Sequence record: MH494197.1
DNA length: 64,000 nt
DNA from: Escherichia phage CMSTMSU
Strand: one strand, 5' to 3'
Shown one piece after another: positions 21,461-32,238 of this stretch. Position numbers and translations under genes: made by a program. The stretch's first letter is position 1. Every line of letters begins with the position of its first letter. A model generated the notes under the pieces. It was given only the letters and a program-made list of their open reading frames with translations. It was not told the origin of the DNA and did no database searches.

Positions 21461-21706
21461 TTATTCTCCATGAATTACGGAAGTGTTGATTCGTGTTTTA
21501 CCGCTAGTGTATCCAGTACTTGTATTTGCATTAGGACAATAAACTGTATACAAGGTTACGTCAGCACCGTCCTTTTGCATACGATAAATCTTACATCCGG
21601 CTTCTTTTAATTCAGTCGGGAGAATAAAATCACTTGTGCGTTCTTTGGTTGAAGCATCACATGCAGTGAGTAAAAATGCGACGAGTACTGCTACGATATA
21701 TTTCAT
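21461..21706 (-). CDS. putative lipoprotein
   Basis: N-terminal MKYIVAVLVAFLLTAC lipobox (LTAC); start overlaps stop of upstream gene. Confidence 0.55.
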   Translation of the reverse strand: MKYIVAVLVAFLLTACDASTKERTSDFILPTELKEAGCKIYRMQKDGADVTLYTVYCPNANTSTGYTSGKTRINTSVIHGE

Positions 21707-22014
21707 TAACGAACCTCCACTTCTTGAGAAAGAGCATGAGTCAGTGCATTTGAATTCGAACCATTCATTTCACGCTGACATACAAACATAATGGCATCTT
21801 GTACTGAACCTGCGATTTCATACTCACGACCTTCTGGATCAGTTACCAGATGTTCAACGATACAACCACCTCTCAGTACAGAAGCACCAGTACTTACACT
21901 AATTCTGTAACCTAAGAAATCAAACTGCATACATGCGTCAGTAGGTTTCATCCAATAACCGCTGTTTTGATTCAAATCGATGATTACAAAACCTTGAGTG
22001 TTAGTTTGAAACAT
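21706..22014 (-). CDS. hypothetical protein
   Basis: 102-aa ORF directly downstream of consensus promoter. Confidence 0.55.
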   Translation of the reverse strand: MFQTNTQGFVIIDLNQNSGYWMKPTDACMQFDFLGYRISVSTGASVLRGGCIVEHLVTDPEGREYEIAGSVQDAIMFVCQREMNGSNSNALTHALSQEVEVR

Positions 22015-22106
22015 AGTTAATTCCTCATTTAATTTAAAGGGCGGGAACGCAGTGACGAGTACGATTATGCTGTCTTTCCTTTCACTGCATTCCCTTTGAT
22101 ATAAAC

Positions 22107-22134
22107 ATTATACAGTACTGATATCTTATGTCAA
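22107..22134 (-). promoter_or_regulatory. sigma-70 promoter, TTGACA-N16-TATAAT
   Basis: TTGACAtaagatatcagtactgTATAATg. Confidence 0.6.
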
Positions 22135-22230
22135 GTATTAATCACCAAAAATCATCAGATACCCAAACCAACCCACACAGATGACTAAGCTAACAATACC
22201 AAAGATAATCTCTAAAGTCATGTTACATCC

Positions 22231-22431
22231 TTAATCAATGATTTTATATTCACGATGACCATAGAATCCAGCCTCAAGGATGCGATTACCGTCAGCATCT
22301 TCTAAATCCCACCCACGGGATGTTTCGGCAATAATAGTCATGATGTGACCTCTTGGGAAAATTCCACTCAAGGTGGATACATCCTCAAGTAATTGAACCT
22401 TCTTACCAACATTCGAATTTGATTTAAACAT
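22231..22431 (-). CDS. hypothetical protein
   Basis: 66-aa ORF. Confidence 0.4.
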   Translation of the reverse strand: MFKSNSNVGKKVQLLEDVSTLSGIFPRGHIMTIIAETSRGWDLEDADGNRILEAGFYGHREYKIID

Positions 22432-22635
22432 ACTTTACCCTTATTCGTTGATTACGTCAAGTACTTTGTCCAGTTTCTTACCAATACTATCCTTTGGTTT
22501 ATCACTATTCTGGAATACATTAGTACTGCAATACTCAGGACGGGTATTAGGAAACTTCTCGTTCATCCGAGTGACCATATACACCAAGAATGATACCTAC
22601 GATAAGAATGATGATTTGCATGATATATCCTCTAA

Positions 22636-22917
22636 TTAAATTACATACGGTTTATAGTAATGAATCTCGTTTGCGATTGCAGTGAAAACTTTATTATTAA
22701 ATCTTTCACCATAATCACGAAGTGATTCACCTTCTTCGCTTTCAATGAAGTAATTATATACTGGTAGACGTGCGGTGTCAACACCTATAAATGATTTCAT
22801 GTAAATTTGTACTAAACGATTCATTCCTTCATTTAAGCATTGCACCTCAAAGTGCTTGATACCTTTGTCTAAGTGTTTGAATGCATTCATGATACCACGT
22901 TTAAAATCACGCTGCAT
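22636..22917 (-). CDS. hypothetical protein
   Basis: 93-aa ORF. Confidence 0.45.
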   Translation of the reverse strand: MQRDFKRGIMNAFKHLDKGIKHFEVQCLNEGMNRLVQIYMKSFIGVDTARLPVYNYFIESEEGESLRDYGERFNNKVFTAIANEIHYYKPYVI

Positions 22918-23428
22918 AGTACTGAATAGATTCTCAGGAACACTGTAATAGGTGACATTGATTTAAGAATGTATGTATCTTTAGCATTCTTAATATACTC
23001 AATAAAGCAGTAGTTAACGTCAGGCTCGATAGAACGATCAGCGTTATGATACCAGTGTTTAAACTCACTGTACTCAGCGAACTTATGCTGGCGTAATGCG
23101 TTACAATCTTCACACAGTGCAGTCATGTTCTCTTTATCATTACCGCCCTGAAGACAGTCCAGTACATTATGGTCTAACGTCATGCGTACAAGGCGTTTCC
23201 TTTAAGTACATAAGGTCTGAATTTATAACGGTCTTTAGTACTGTGTTTATGTAAAGTGAATACCACATTGGATTCACCACAACAATCACATTTAAAGCCA
23301 TCACGTGACATTACATGAATGAGTTTTCGAGTATTTGGGCCGAACTCAGATTTAGTAATGTTGCCAACAATTTCTGATGGGTCGTAGTATTTTGAATTCC
23401 GGCGAATCAATTCATCTATAGTGCTCAT
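22887..23428 (-). CDS. HNH endonuclease (two overlapping frames)
   Basis: CDCCGES...HKH in ORF 23180..23428 plus DHNVLDCLQGGNDKENMTALCEDCN in ORF 22887..23183: two Cys pairs and His-Asn-His arrangement typical of HNH nucleases. Confidence 0.55.
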
Positions 23429-23480
23429 TTTATATTATTCCTTCTATGTTACAACCTATAATTATTTTTGTAACTTCGAT

Positions 23481-23654
23481 AACTCTTACCAAATGGTATC
23501 CGTGAAAAAGTTAAAACCATACATTTGTGCTAATGCATCGGCTTCAGATTTTGCACGGATACATGATAGATATAGTTCTCGTATATCGTCATCCAACGAT
23601 GCTTGTTTCTCGTCATTGATAACAATAGAACGAATCTCAAAACGAACACCATAA
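23481..23654 (-). CDS. small protein (~57 aa)
   Basis: hand translation MSYGVRFEIRSIVINDEKQ... Confidence 0.3.
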
Positions 23655-23928
23655 CTCATTTAGTTTGTCCAACAATTAGTTTCTCTCTAGTATTACTATT
23701 GTAACACCACATTAATTCTTCACCAACTGTTCTAAGTGAAACGCTGTTTACTTGTTCATAAGTACTGTCACGTACTGCAATGCATTGATTCATTGAATTC
23801 ATTGGGGTGATTTGTACACCAGATTGTGGTGAAAGAGCAATAATTAAAAGATTACTGAATTCATTAGATATTCCTTAGTGGTTAATCATCCATCTCTTCG
23901 AGATGTCTGTTCGCTTCTAATACTACGT

Positions 23929-23957
23929 ATTCTACGCGAATGAATCATAACTGTCAA
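23929..23957 (-). promoter_or_regulatory. sigma-70-like promoter, TTGACA-N17-TAGAAT
   Basis: minus strand TTGACAgttatgattcattcgcgTAGAAT. Confidence 0.45.
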
Positions 23958-23959
23958 GG

Positions 23960-24455
23960 ACTTTTAATATTGACGGGATTTGAGGAAGGATTTTTCTTCC
24001 CCACATGGAGGGAATTTGACGCTGATGGTATCAGAGCTATTGCATTGAAGATTACTCATAATGAGTGCGAAAGCGGGTCATCCTGTTTCTCTCTACTTCA
24101 GTTTCATATGACGGTCTACACTTTTAAACATAGTGTATCTTCATTAAGTATCTATGCAATCAAATACTTAATGTGAGTACTCAAATTTTGGACGCAACTT
24201 TCCTGTACAAAATTCGATAACTCTCCTTAGATAATTCGTAAGGTGTTATCCTTATATGTCTATCGAGGAACCATCAGCTATCCTAACGTGGTTCTTTATA
24301 CAGCCGCATTGCCGTGAGGGGTTCAAACTATGCCCACATCTAACGGGTTTCTTTTGCTGTTCGCTACAATGAAAAGCTCATCTATCCTTTACATTTTCAA
24401 GTGAAGTAGGGGAAGATTGTCAGTACCAGTACTGTCATTGTGATTGTACATAGAT
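23960..24455 (-). other. ~0.5-kb interval with no ORF over ~30 codons on either strand; candidate structured ncRNA or decayed gene
   Basis: stops in all minus frames every 15-30 codons; locally higher GC; lies between two promoters. Confidence 0.3.
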
Positions 24456-24487
24456 CATTGTATCACCATTAATAAATTTGTCCCATA

Positions 24488-24516
24488 AAAAGGCTGACCG
24501 AAGTCAACCCTTTAAT
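24488..24516 (-). terminator. UUCG-tetraloop hairpin terminator (cassette without a good -10)
   Basis: GGGTTGACTTCGGTCAGCCTTTTT downstream of sigma-factor gene. Confidence 0.5.
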
Positions 24517-24517
24517 C

Positions 24518-25480
24518 TTAAAAATCTTCGAACTCGTAACCTTGCATCTTCACCATCTTACGCAGTCGTTCCATTGCTTCAGAGTACTTACGGTGCAATG
24601 AAGAACGAGCAGTCATGACCTTACCCTTCTCATCTTCAAAACCACTCTCAATGATTTCTCGTAGCGTTTCTGGTTCAGAATAAGAACCAATACCATGTAC
24701 ACGTTCAATCAATTCACGGTCTTTGGCAGATAGGTTACTCATCATTTCTGCAATACTTTGTACCAGTGGGTACTGACAGTTTCTACGCCTAAGTTGTAAT
24801 CAGGTTCAACTGAAGTAACAATGTCAGATAATGTACTTTCTGAATCATTACTCATTTTCATATTCAATGCTACATAAGTGTTATTGTAAGTTAGACAATT
24901 CTTAACGTGTTGAATCTCAATACCAGTCTCTTTTGACACCATCTCAGGAGTTGGGTATTTACCATGTTTCCTTTGATACTCTTCTACACAACGTTTCACA
25001 TAAATGTTATTAACACTCATATAACGTGGGAAATGCACTAGATAATTAGCATCTGCACTTTCGTTATAGATTGTCATGTACACAGTTGTTGTTGCATATG
25101 TAATGAACTTAACATTTTGGTAGTGTCGAACGTATGAATTGCTCGCATTAAACCTTCAACACCATAAGAAATCTTATCTTCAAATGGGATGAAACATGTA
25201 CACTTACGTGCAACACTTACTACCATTGGATAGTTGTAGCGAACCAAAAGGTCAATATTCTTTTCAACGTCAATACCATCACGCACTGCTTGGATGAGCA
25301 TTTCATTCGTTATCCCTTTAGGGCGAGTTAAGCTGATACCTGTTTTGGTTTCTCAAACTTGTGACCGTCATGTTCTTCTTCTTCGACGGAATCAAGAGCC
25401 TCTAATACGTTGACTTCTTCACTAGCAAAACACTCATCCAGTACTTCTTCAGAAATTGCATTTAAATCAAGCTTTTTCAC
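24518..25480 (-). CDS. sigma-70-family RNA polymerase sigma factor, frame-disrupted
   Basis: region 2-like NYPMVVSVARK...EDKISYGVEGLMRAIHTFD (ORF 25074..25301), region 3-like YPTPEMVSKETGIEIQHV (24742..25083), region 4-like SAKDRELIERVHGIG...TLREI...RKYSEAMERLRK (24518..24745). Confidence 0.65.
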
Positions 25481-25602
25481 TTACTTCTCCTAATGAATGA
25501 AATCAAAAACGGTATACATTAATATTATCATCGGTATAGATATCATGGTTATGAACATCCATGAAGGTATCAAATACCTTATCAAGAAGAGTATTATACT
25601 CT

Positions 25603-25860
25603 TCATGTACTGCTATCAAGCATGTATTCACCACCACTACCCATAAAGAATGTATAATCATTATGGAGATAATCAATCTTCTTGGTAAACTTACCCTTAT
25701 TAACGATTAAGTGAATGATGTAATCTTTTGACACAAGAACACAGTGACAACTCGCCTTGCGGTCTGGTATCACAGTCTCTTGTGAAATCAAGTATCTCAG
25801 TACTTTGTTAATTTCACTAACCTCACCGCAAGCACTAAACAGTCGGTCGTGTACATACAA
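25603..25860 (-). CDS. hypothetical protein
   Basis: 85-aa ORF. Confidence 0.4.
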   Translation of the reverse strand: MYVHDRLFSACGEVSEINKVLRYLISQETVIPDRKASCHCVLVSKDYIIHLIVNKGKFTKKIDYLHNDYTFFMGSGGEYMLDSST

Positions 25861-26416
25861 TGTTTTTGTGAAACTACACCATAACTAAGTTTTGGTTTCA
25901 ACGGGAATAGGTTCAAAATGAACGTTGCTCAGTTGATGTCACTTTTGAATCAGTAAGTAATACTCCCAAGCGTTTATCAATATAAACAGTCGTCATATTA
26001 AACCTTATCTAAAATTTATCATAGATATAATATTCTTTATCGTTGAATACATTAATTCCGGATCGAAGCGTTGAAGTGTATTCATGTATAATGAACTTTT
26101 AAATAAAAATACAATGCAACAAATTCAGATATATGCATATTCTTTTTATTATTACATAAATTCTTTAGCATTTTAATGCTATCAAAATCATCTTTATCAT
26201 ATCTGTACTGGTAAAATTATATCTATTGAACTGACACTCATAGATACGAAGTGCCATTATGTCAATACATGCTTTAGATTTACAGTACTTATTCAATACG
26301 TCATAATCACCCACACATAATGCTACAAAGATTTTATGCAAGCGTAGCTTTACCTTCAATAGTATAATAACCAAAGAACTTACTGATTAAGTAATGTATA
26401 AATCTAAGCATTGGAT

Positions 26417-26674
26417 TTAGAATTTCTCCGAAATTACCAGTGTATCATCATAGTCATCAGCAACCGTATTCAGTACTTCCAAATTACTTTCACCAGAAAT
26501 ACTTTGTACTTCGTTCAAAAGATAGTTTAGATCAACTTTAGTTACTTTTTCTGAATCAAACACACAGAAAGTCAATTCAGCGTTTGGACAGATCTTCTTC
26601 AGATTATCAGCAACAACTTGTTTGAAGTTAAAAGATGGGAAGCAACGGTTAACTGCAACGAGAATAGATTTCAT
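26417..26674 (-). CDS. hypothetical protein
   Basis: 85-aa ORF. Confidence 0.45.
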   Translation of the reverse strand: MKSILVAVNRCFPSFNFKQVVADNLKKICPNAELTFCVFDSEKVTKVDLNYLLNEVQSISGESNLEVLNTVADDYDDTLVISEKF

Positions 26675-26748
26675 AATGTTTTCCTTTTTAGCTGATAATT
26701 AAATTAGGAGCACATTGTACTCCATGTTATTGGTTAAGTCAAATACTT

Positions 26749-27000
26749 TTAGATACCGAGTGCCGAATTTAATTCTTTACGCTTATTGTATGAATCAGAT
26801 TCAATCTTACTTTTCTTGTTGAAAAGGGATTCGATATCCTTATAGATTGCTTCGATAGATTTAGTTACTACCCATTCGGATTCCTGAAGCATAGCTTGAA
26901 GACGTGCGTACTCAACTTTGATAGTACTGCGAAGTTCTTCACAAGCTTCTTCGTTCTTAATTAGTGCTTCACTAAGTTCTTTGACCTTATCGATGTTCAT
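26749..27000 (-). CDS. coiled-coil small protein
   Basis: 83-aa ORF, charged heptad-like sequence. Confidence 0.45.
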   Translation of the reverse strand: MNIDKVKELSEALIKNEEACEELRSTIKVEYARLQAMLQESEWVVTKSIEAIYKDIESLFNKKSKIESDSYNKRKELNSALGI

Positions 27001-27054
27001 AAGTTCCTTACCATTTCCCAGTTTTGATGTAATAATTATATATCTCTCAATAAC

Positions 27055-27378
27055 TCACGTCAACTGTTTTCCGTACCTTTCTCTGCCATTTTTGTGATGT
27101 GCCATTTGAGTACTGATTTGTGTACCATAAAAATGTGAATGCAAAGACTGTAATGGCTGCTGAAGTAACACTATTAGATAAAGACCAAGTTGGATGTTAG
27201 TACCTAAAATAACAATAAATGGATATAACACAATCAATCTACTGTAAGGTTCGTCTCCAGTATCACGGATAAATCCAAGCCTTTCATGATCAGTATCCAT
27301 AGTGACAATTGGACAGAACATAAGTGCAGACATAACAGCAATACCAATTTGTGCTACATTGGCAATTGTAAACCACAA
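27055..27378 (-). CDS. membrane protein
   Basis: 107-aa hydrophobic ORF. Confidence 0.45.
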   Translation of the reverse strand: MWFTIANVAQIGIAVMSALMFCPIVTMDTDHERLGFIRDTGDEPYSRLIVLYPFIVILGTNIQLGLYLIVLLQQPLQSLHSHFYGTQISTQMAHHKNGRERYGKQLT

Positions 27379-27478
27379 AGGATTTAAACCATATGAAATG
27401 TTGTTTTCAGTACAGTAATACCCAAATGTATTGATTGCACAAACTAAAAATACAAAAATACAAATCTTATTGTATCCC

Positions 27479-27754
27479 TCATTTGTTTAGCTCCGTTAAT
27501 TTTCGTTTAACTTCAAGATCATAATACTCATCAGCATATGAGTTTTGAACAGTTCTTGTATATTCCAACATAACAAACATAGAACCACACACCCACAGAT
27601 AAGTATAGTAATCAAATACAAAAGCATAGATAATACATGGTATTAAAATAAATGTAAACACAAAACTATATCTCTTAGTACCGAATACTTTAACAAAAAG
27701 CAGACGGCGGCAATCACGTGCAAATGTATGAATACATATAGAAAATATAATCAA
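27479..27754 (-). CDS. membrane protein
   Basis: 91-aa hydrophobic ORF. Confidence 0.45.
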   Translation of the reverse strand: MIIFSICIHTFARDCRRLLFVKVFGTKRYSFVFTFILIPCIIYAFVFDYYTYLWVCGSMFVMLEYTRTVQNSYADEYYDLEVKRKLTELNK

Positions 27755-27899
27755 TGAATACCATGAAATGCCCGGATTACACCTGAAACATTTACAAGTT
27801 TATGTCCGTCTGAAACCCCAGTGCATTAAGCACTGGAGCCATAACCCAATAATAGCAATAAGAAATAGATACTTTGCATTGCTAAGTGTGAACATTATT

Positions 27900-28351
27900 T
27901 CAGTCCCCATGCCTTTTAATAGCATCCACTGCGTTCTGGTCTACGACTTCCTGTTTAGTAGCACTGGTTTGTAGTTTATCAATTACATAGTTCTTAGCAT
28001 CTTTTTCAATCATAAACTTACCATCAACTAAACACCCAAATACTTTAGAGTTACGTGCTGGATATGTCCCGATTTCATCAAGAGTACGAACTTTCTTATC
28101 AACTACAATTGCTTTGATGTAACCAGTTTCCAGTACTGTAGTAATGACAGTCATTTCGATTGCAATTGGTGACTCTTCCCAGAATGCAATCCACTTGGTG
28201 AAGCTGCGATCCGGTGAATCTTTGTTGGCTTCAGTTTAATTGCACTGTTGAAAATGTACTGCTTGAATCCATCTTCAACCACTTCACTGATACTTAGGTA
28301 TCCTTCACGTTCTTCTGCGTTGCGTTTGAATTGAGTAGCTAATACGTCCAT
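27900..28351 (-). CDS. hypothetical protein, probably one gene across two frames
   Basis: ORFs 28151..28351 and 27900..28154 abut with a frame change. Confidence 0.4.
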
Positions 28352-28404
28352 CGTTAAATCCTCTTGTCAGTTATTGCGGTACGAAGCTATTATACTGCCA
28401 TTTA

Positions 28405-28716
28405 CTATTTGGAGTCAACACATTTCAACAAGTATTTTTCTATGTATCTTATATGTGATGGTGGTAACAGTAAGTTTTCGTATCTAACCCTGTACACACT
28501 ACAATCGCCTAGATGAAAGTGACTGGTAGGATACAAGTCAGTTCTAATACTAACACGTTTACGATTATCAGTAAAGTTAATTAATGATTTTGGATTGTTA
28601 TTAGCATGAGTTCTTACAAAGTATTCAATTTCATTGAGTGCTTTTTCGTCGTATACATACTTGTCAAACACACCTAGTGTAAAGTACCTTGGATGGTACA
28701 TATATGAGAATAACAA
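28405..28716 (-). CDS. hypothetical protein
   Basis: 103-aa ORF. Confidence 0.45.
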   Translation of the reverse strand: MLFSYMYHPRYFTLGVFDKYVYDEKALNEIEYFVRTHANNNPKSLINFTDNRKRVSIRTDLYPTSHFHLGDCSVYRVRYENLLLPPSHIRYIEKYLLKCVDSK

Positions 28717-28843
28717 TGCAGGAATATACTTCTTTATCCTTCGTGTTTTGCAATAGCTGACGCATATGCAAAATGTGATGCATCAGAGAAGATGTTAAGA
28801 AAAATGAAATATGACACTAATAAACCTAGAATCAGCAAAAGTG

Positions 28844-29307
28844 TCATTCAAAACCTCTGTATTTTTCATATACTTCAACACATTCCATGATCTTGTCATC
28901 ATCGGTCATGTCATAACCCTGAAGAAATTCTTCTTTATCAACCTTAGCAGCCATCATGTCACCATCCGAGATCCTCGAATCATAGAATGTGTACATATCT
29001 TTATAGTACTGCTTGTTGTGCTGTTCATCCTTAACCTTAGCATACCCAGCACAAAACGATGGCGATTTGACTACATTCCATTTATGCTTTTTGATAGGCT
29101 TATCATTAGCATGTTTTTCACGGTATTGCTGGCGGTAACGTTCACGCATCTCAGGCATGTATTCTTCAGCAGTACGTTTTGGTTGGGCTTTCCTGTTCCA
29201 ATCGTCTTGATTGTTTGACGCTGGTCTTCCGCATGTGCTGGTGCAACAAAGCAGGAAGTACTGAATACAACAGCAGTGATTACTAGAAAGTGTTTAAACA
29301 TAATCAA
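28844..29307 (-). CDS. secreted protein, frame-disrupted
   Basis: signal peptide MIMFKHFLVITAVVFSTSCFVAPAHA (ORF 29071..29307) continues into ORF 28844..29158. Confidence 0.45.
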
Positions 29308-29893
29308 ACCTCTTTTACAATAATGTCGATTTGCACAGGAATAGCAATCTCACTGTTGCATGAATAAACATCTGCACAGTACTCAATATCTAGTACTTCA
29401 TAGTATTTTTCAAAGCCACAGATTGTAAGATTCAACGTAGCACCAATAGCTGGCAATACGGGAAAGGATAAAATGCAATTTTAGAATTAAATTCTTCATT
29501 AATATCTTGATATACAGTTGCTTGAATCATAATGGTAACTCCTGAAGTGGTTTAATAATACTCAGTACTGGGTGATTTTCAATCATTGGTCGCCCGTACA
29601 CCTGTTAGCACAACTGGAATCGAACTAATGTCTTTTACATAGTTGAATCCCTCAAATGTGAATTCTTGCTTTTTCTCATTATACAATACCCACAGAATAA
29701 CGTCAGCTTTTTTCTGTATATTTTTAACTGTCGAGTACTAACACATGGTCCAAAGTCGGTCCACGATTTGTACTTGATACCTTTCACTTCAATTCTTAAG
29801 TTGTTTACTTTGATATCACATTCCCCATCACGTCCATCACTTTGGAACGCTGGATCGATGTTAAGTGCAATACCTGAATAGTTTTCAATTTCA

Positions 29894-30157
29894 TTAAAAG
29901 TACAAATGACGCATGTTCACATACCATACCAACAAAATGACTGTGAGCGTGATTAAACCCATACGGCGATTTGCAGGTGCAAGAATTTTATATCGTTCGG
30001 ATTTCTCAATTGCTTTAGCCATAAAAGAATCAGCTTCATCTTTGTATAGCTTAACAGTCATTTTACCATTTTTCAGTACTAAACGTTTTTCTACAACACT
30101 CATAAAATCCCTTATTGATATTCCATTTAAGTATACGTCAAAACACAACTCAGTCAA
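29894..30157 (-). CDS. hypothetical protein
   Basis: 87-aa ORF. Confidence 0.45.
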   Translation of the reverse strand: MTELCFDVYLNGISIRDFMSVVEKRLVLKNGKMTVKLYKDEADSFMAKAIEKSERYKILAPANRRMGLITLTVILLVWYVNMRHLYF

Positions 30158-30159
30158 GG

Positions 30160-30195
30160 TGCTTTTTACCTATCTAGAATAAATACGTTATAATA
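30160..30195 (+). promoter_or_regulatory. plus-strand promoter candidate
   Basis: TTTACC-like -35, TATAAT -10, then GGAGG RBS and ATG at 30217. Confidence 0.4.
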
Positions 30196-30216
30196 ATTAT
30201 ACCAATGGAGGGATGA

Positions 30217-30489
30217 ATGTCAAGATCGATTGCTGCTGCTGGACGATATAAGTTCGGTGAATGTGGTTATATAGTCGATGGTGCAATTCTCAACGATGGG
30301 ACTAAACTCAAAAATGTTCGAATCTATCGTCAGAGAAGCCATAGATTATATGATTTACTTGATCCTGTAAGTAATGTAATTTATCGTAAAGTACAAATTA
30401 CAACAAAGGATATACAAGGATATCAATTAAACTACAACAAAACTAATGACCAAATCCTAAGTGAAATAAGAAAGAACTCTTTTTCGTAA
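30217..30489 (+). CDS. hypothetical protein (90 aa)
   Basis: GGAGG RBS 6 nt upstream; one of only two credible plus-strand genes. Confidence 0.6.
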   Translation: MSRSIAAAGRYKFGECGYIVDGAILNDGTKLKNVRIYRQRSHRLYDLLDPVSNVIYRKVQITTKDIQGYQLNYNKTNDQILSEIRKNSFS

Positions 30490-30590
30490 GAGGATACTCA
30501 GATGCTAAACTTGAATCAGATCCTACTGGGTTTGTTTATAAGTTTCTTTTGCACAAAACAATTCTAGGTAGTTCACAAACACTATATAAT

Positions 30591-31373
30591 ATGTACACCC
30601 CTGAATGCGGGATTATAGATAGAGATATAGACAACATCCTTATGTTCCCAACGTTCGTAGGTGATGATTTGGTAGGTGGTCGCCTATTCAACGCAGGTTC
30701 AGCCATTGATACAACTGGAATGCGTATTACCGTTATACTTCCTGACGGAACCGAGTACTTCACAACTGAAATAATTGATGATGTTTTTAGTATTCCAGTT
30801 GATCCAATTACTCAATCCGGTAAAGGAACCATCATACTCACTTCTGACATATATAATACCAAAACTATTGAATTTGATATACTAGAAAGCGGCGAAGATA
30901 TTGACTTCGTTACTTCAGTACTTCTATCTCAGTTTGAGTACACGTCTGATGGTATGTACATGGCAACTGTACCAGCTACTGTGCATGAACGTGGTGAGTA
31001 TCTTGCTCTACAAGCATACAGTGGTGATTTATTCCAAATTGGAGTAGACCTCATTGTAGATCCTAGCGGTAATATTACTGTGTACCAAACTGATGATGCT
31101 CCAATCTCATTGAGTATTATTGGTAAAACCTTACACACCACTCCATATCACAACACGTATACTGATAGTGATTGGGTAGATGATGGTGATTCTATGTACA
31201 CACTGTCCATTCCTGCCAGTGAACATGGTAAAATCCTCCCACAAGTTCAAGTCTATGCTGAAGACAATCACGTTGTACTAAGTGAAGTTGAACTAGATGC
31301 CGATGATAATGTTGTATTAAAAGTTGTTGAACCATTTGGCTGTACTGTAGTCATTGTTGGTTATAACGCATAA
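30591..31373 (+). CDS. acidic protein (~260 aa), function unknown
   Basis: track ORF 30549..31373; ATG for MYTPECGIID at ~30591; followed by hairpin terminator. Confidence 0.6.
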   Translation: MYTPECGIIDRDIDNILMFPTFVGDDLVGGRLFNAGSAIDTTGMRITVILPDGTEYFTTEIIDDVFSIPVDPITQSGKGTIILTSDIYNTKTIEFDILESGEDIDFVTSVLLSQFEYTSDGMYMATVPATVHERGEYLALQAYSGDLFQIGVDLIVDPSGNITVYQTDDAPISLSIIGKTLHTTPYHNTYTDSDWVDDGDSMYTLSIPASEHGKILPQVQVYAEDNHVVLSEVELDADDNVVLKVVEPFGCTVVIVGYNA

Positions 31374-31377
31374 CAAA

Positions 31378-31404
31378 AAGCCACTACATTGTAGTGGCTT
31401 TTCT
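31378..31404. terminator. rho-independent terminator between convergent genes
   Basis: AAAAAGCCACTACattgtaGTGGCTTTTC, A/T runs on both sides. Confidence 0.65.
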
Positions 31405-31439
31405 TTATCTATATCTTATTTGAAGTTTTACGTAGAACT

Positions 31440-32126
31440 TCTTCCAGTGTTTGTTCTGGATTAGCAATTGCAACAGTGTAAATCAAATCTTTGAATGCCT
31501 GTACTGCTTGCTCAGTTGCTTCTTTACCGAAGTTAGCTGAAATACTGCTAAACATATTTTCAGCACGTTCAGAACTAATTAGTTCATTAACAAAGGTATC
31601 AATCTCTTTTTGAGTTGACCAGTGGTCATGTCACCAATTAGCATTTCATCAACTTCTGGCTTTTCATCAGTACTAACACGTACATTTGTAAAACCAAATA
31701 CATCATCCAGTGAACCAAAACTATGTTTAACTTTAGTAACAATAGATGGCTTAGTGCGTTCTACTGGTTCTTCTTGTTTCTCTTCAGAATCAGTACTTGA
31801 TTCGTATGGCTTGTGAACATATGAGTGAGAACGTCATCAATGTTTTTAATCATACCTTCAACACGTTCTTCAGTTTTCTTAGTAACTTCTTTGAATGCTT
31901 GCTCAAGTAGACGATCTTGAACTGTAGTACGTACATCACCAACAACACCACGTAATTTTTCATTACACTGGTCTAGAATTGATAATAGTTCACCACTTTT
32001 AATTTTGTCAACCAATAAATCAAGGTCAGATTTAACTTCAGGTTTCTTCTCAATACCATTTAGTAAGCTGTTAAGCTCTTGAGCACCCTCAATCGCTTCT
32101 TGATGACTGGTAAATTGAACAGGCAC
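31440..32126 (-). CDS. hypothetical protein, frame-disrupted at C-terminus
   Basis: ORF 31761..32126 (121 aa); reading continues in another frame toward ~31440. Confidence 0.4.
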
Positions 32127-32238
32127 ATCAACACCATCTAGAACGATATTGAGTACTTTACCATCTACATAAGCGTAAGAGTAAGATTCTTTTTGAAGGA
32201 AATGGTTTTGAAGAAAATGTTGCTCATATTGTTACTCC

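Noticed and set aside
2655-24516. Possible CRISPR array, because of the repeated ~30-bp hairpin sequence
   Set aside because: Copies are 0.7-8 kb apart with no regular spacing, each overlaps a promoter and lies just upstream of a gene start, and no cas genes are present.
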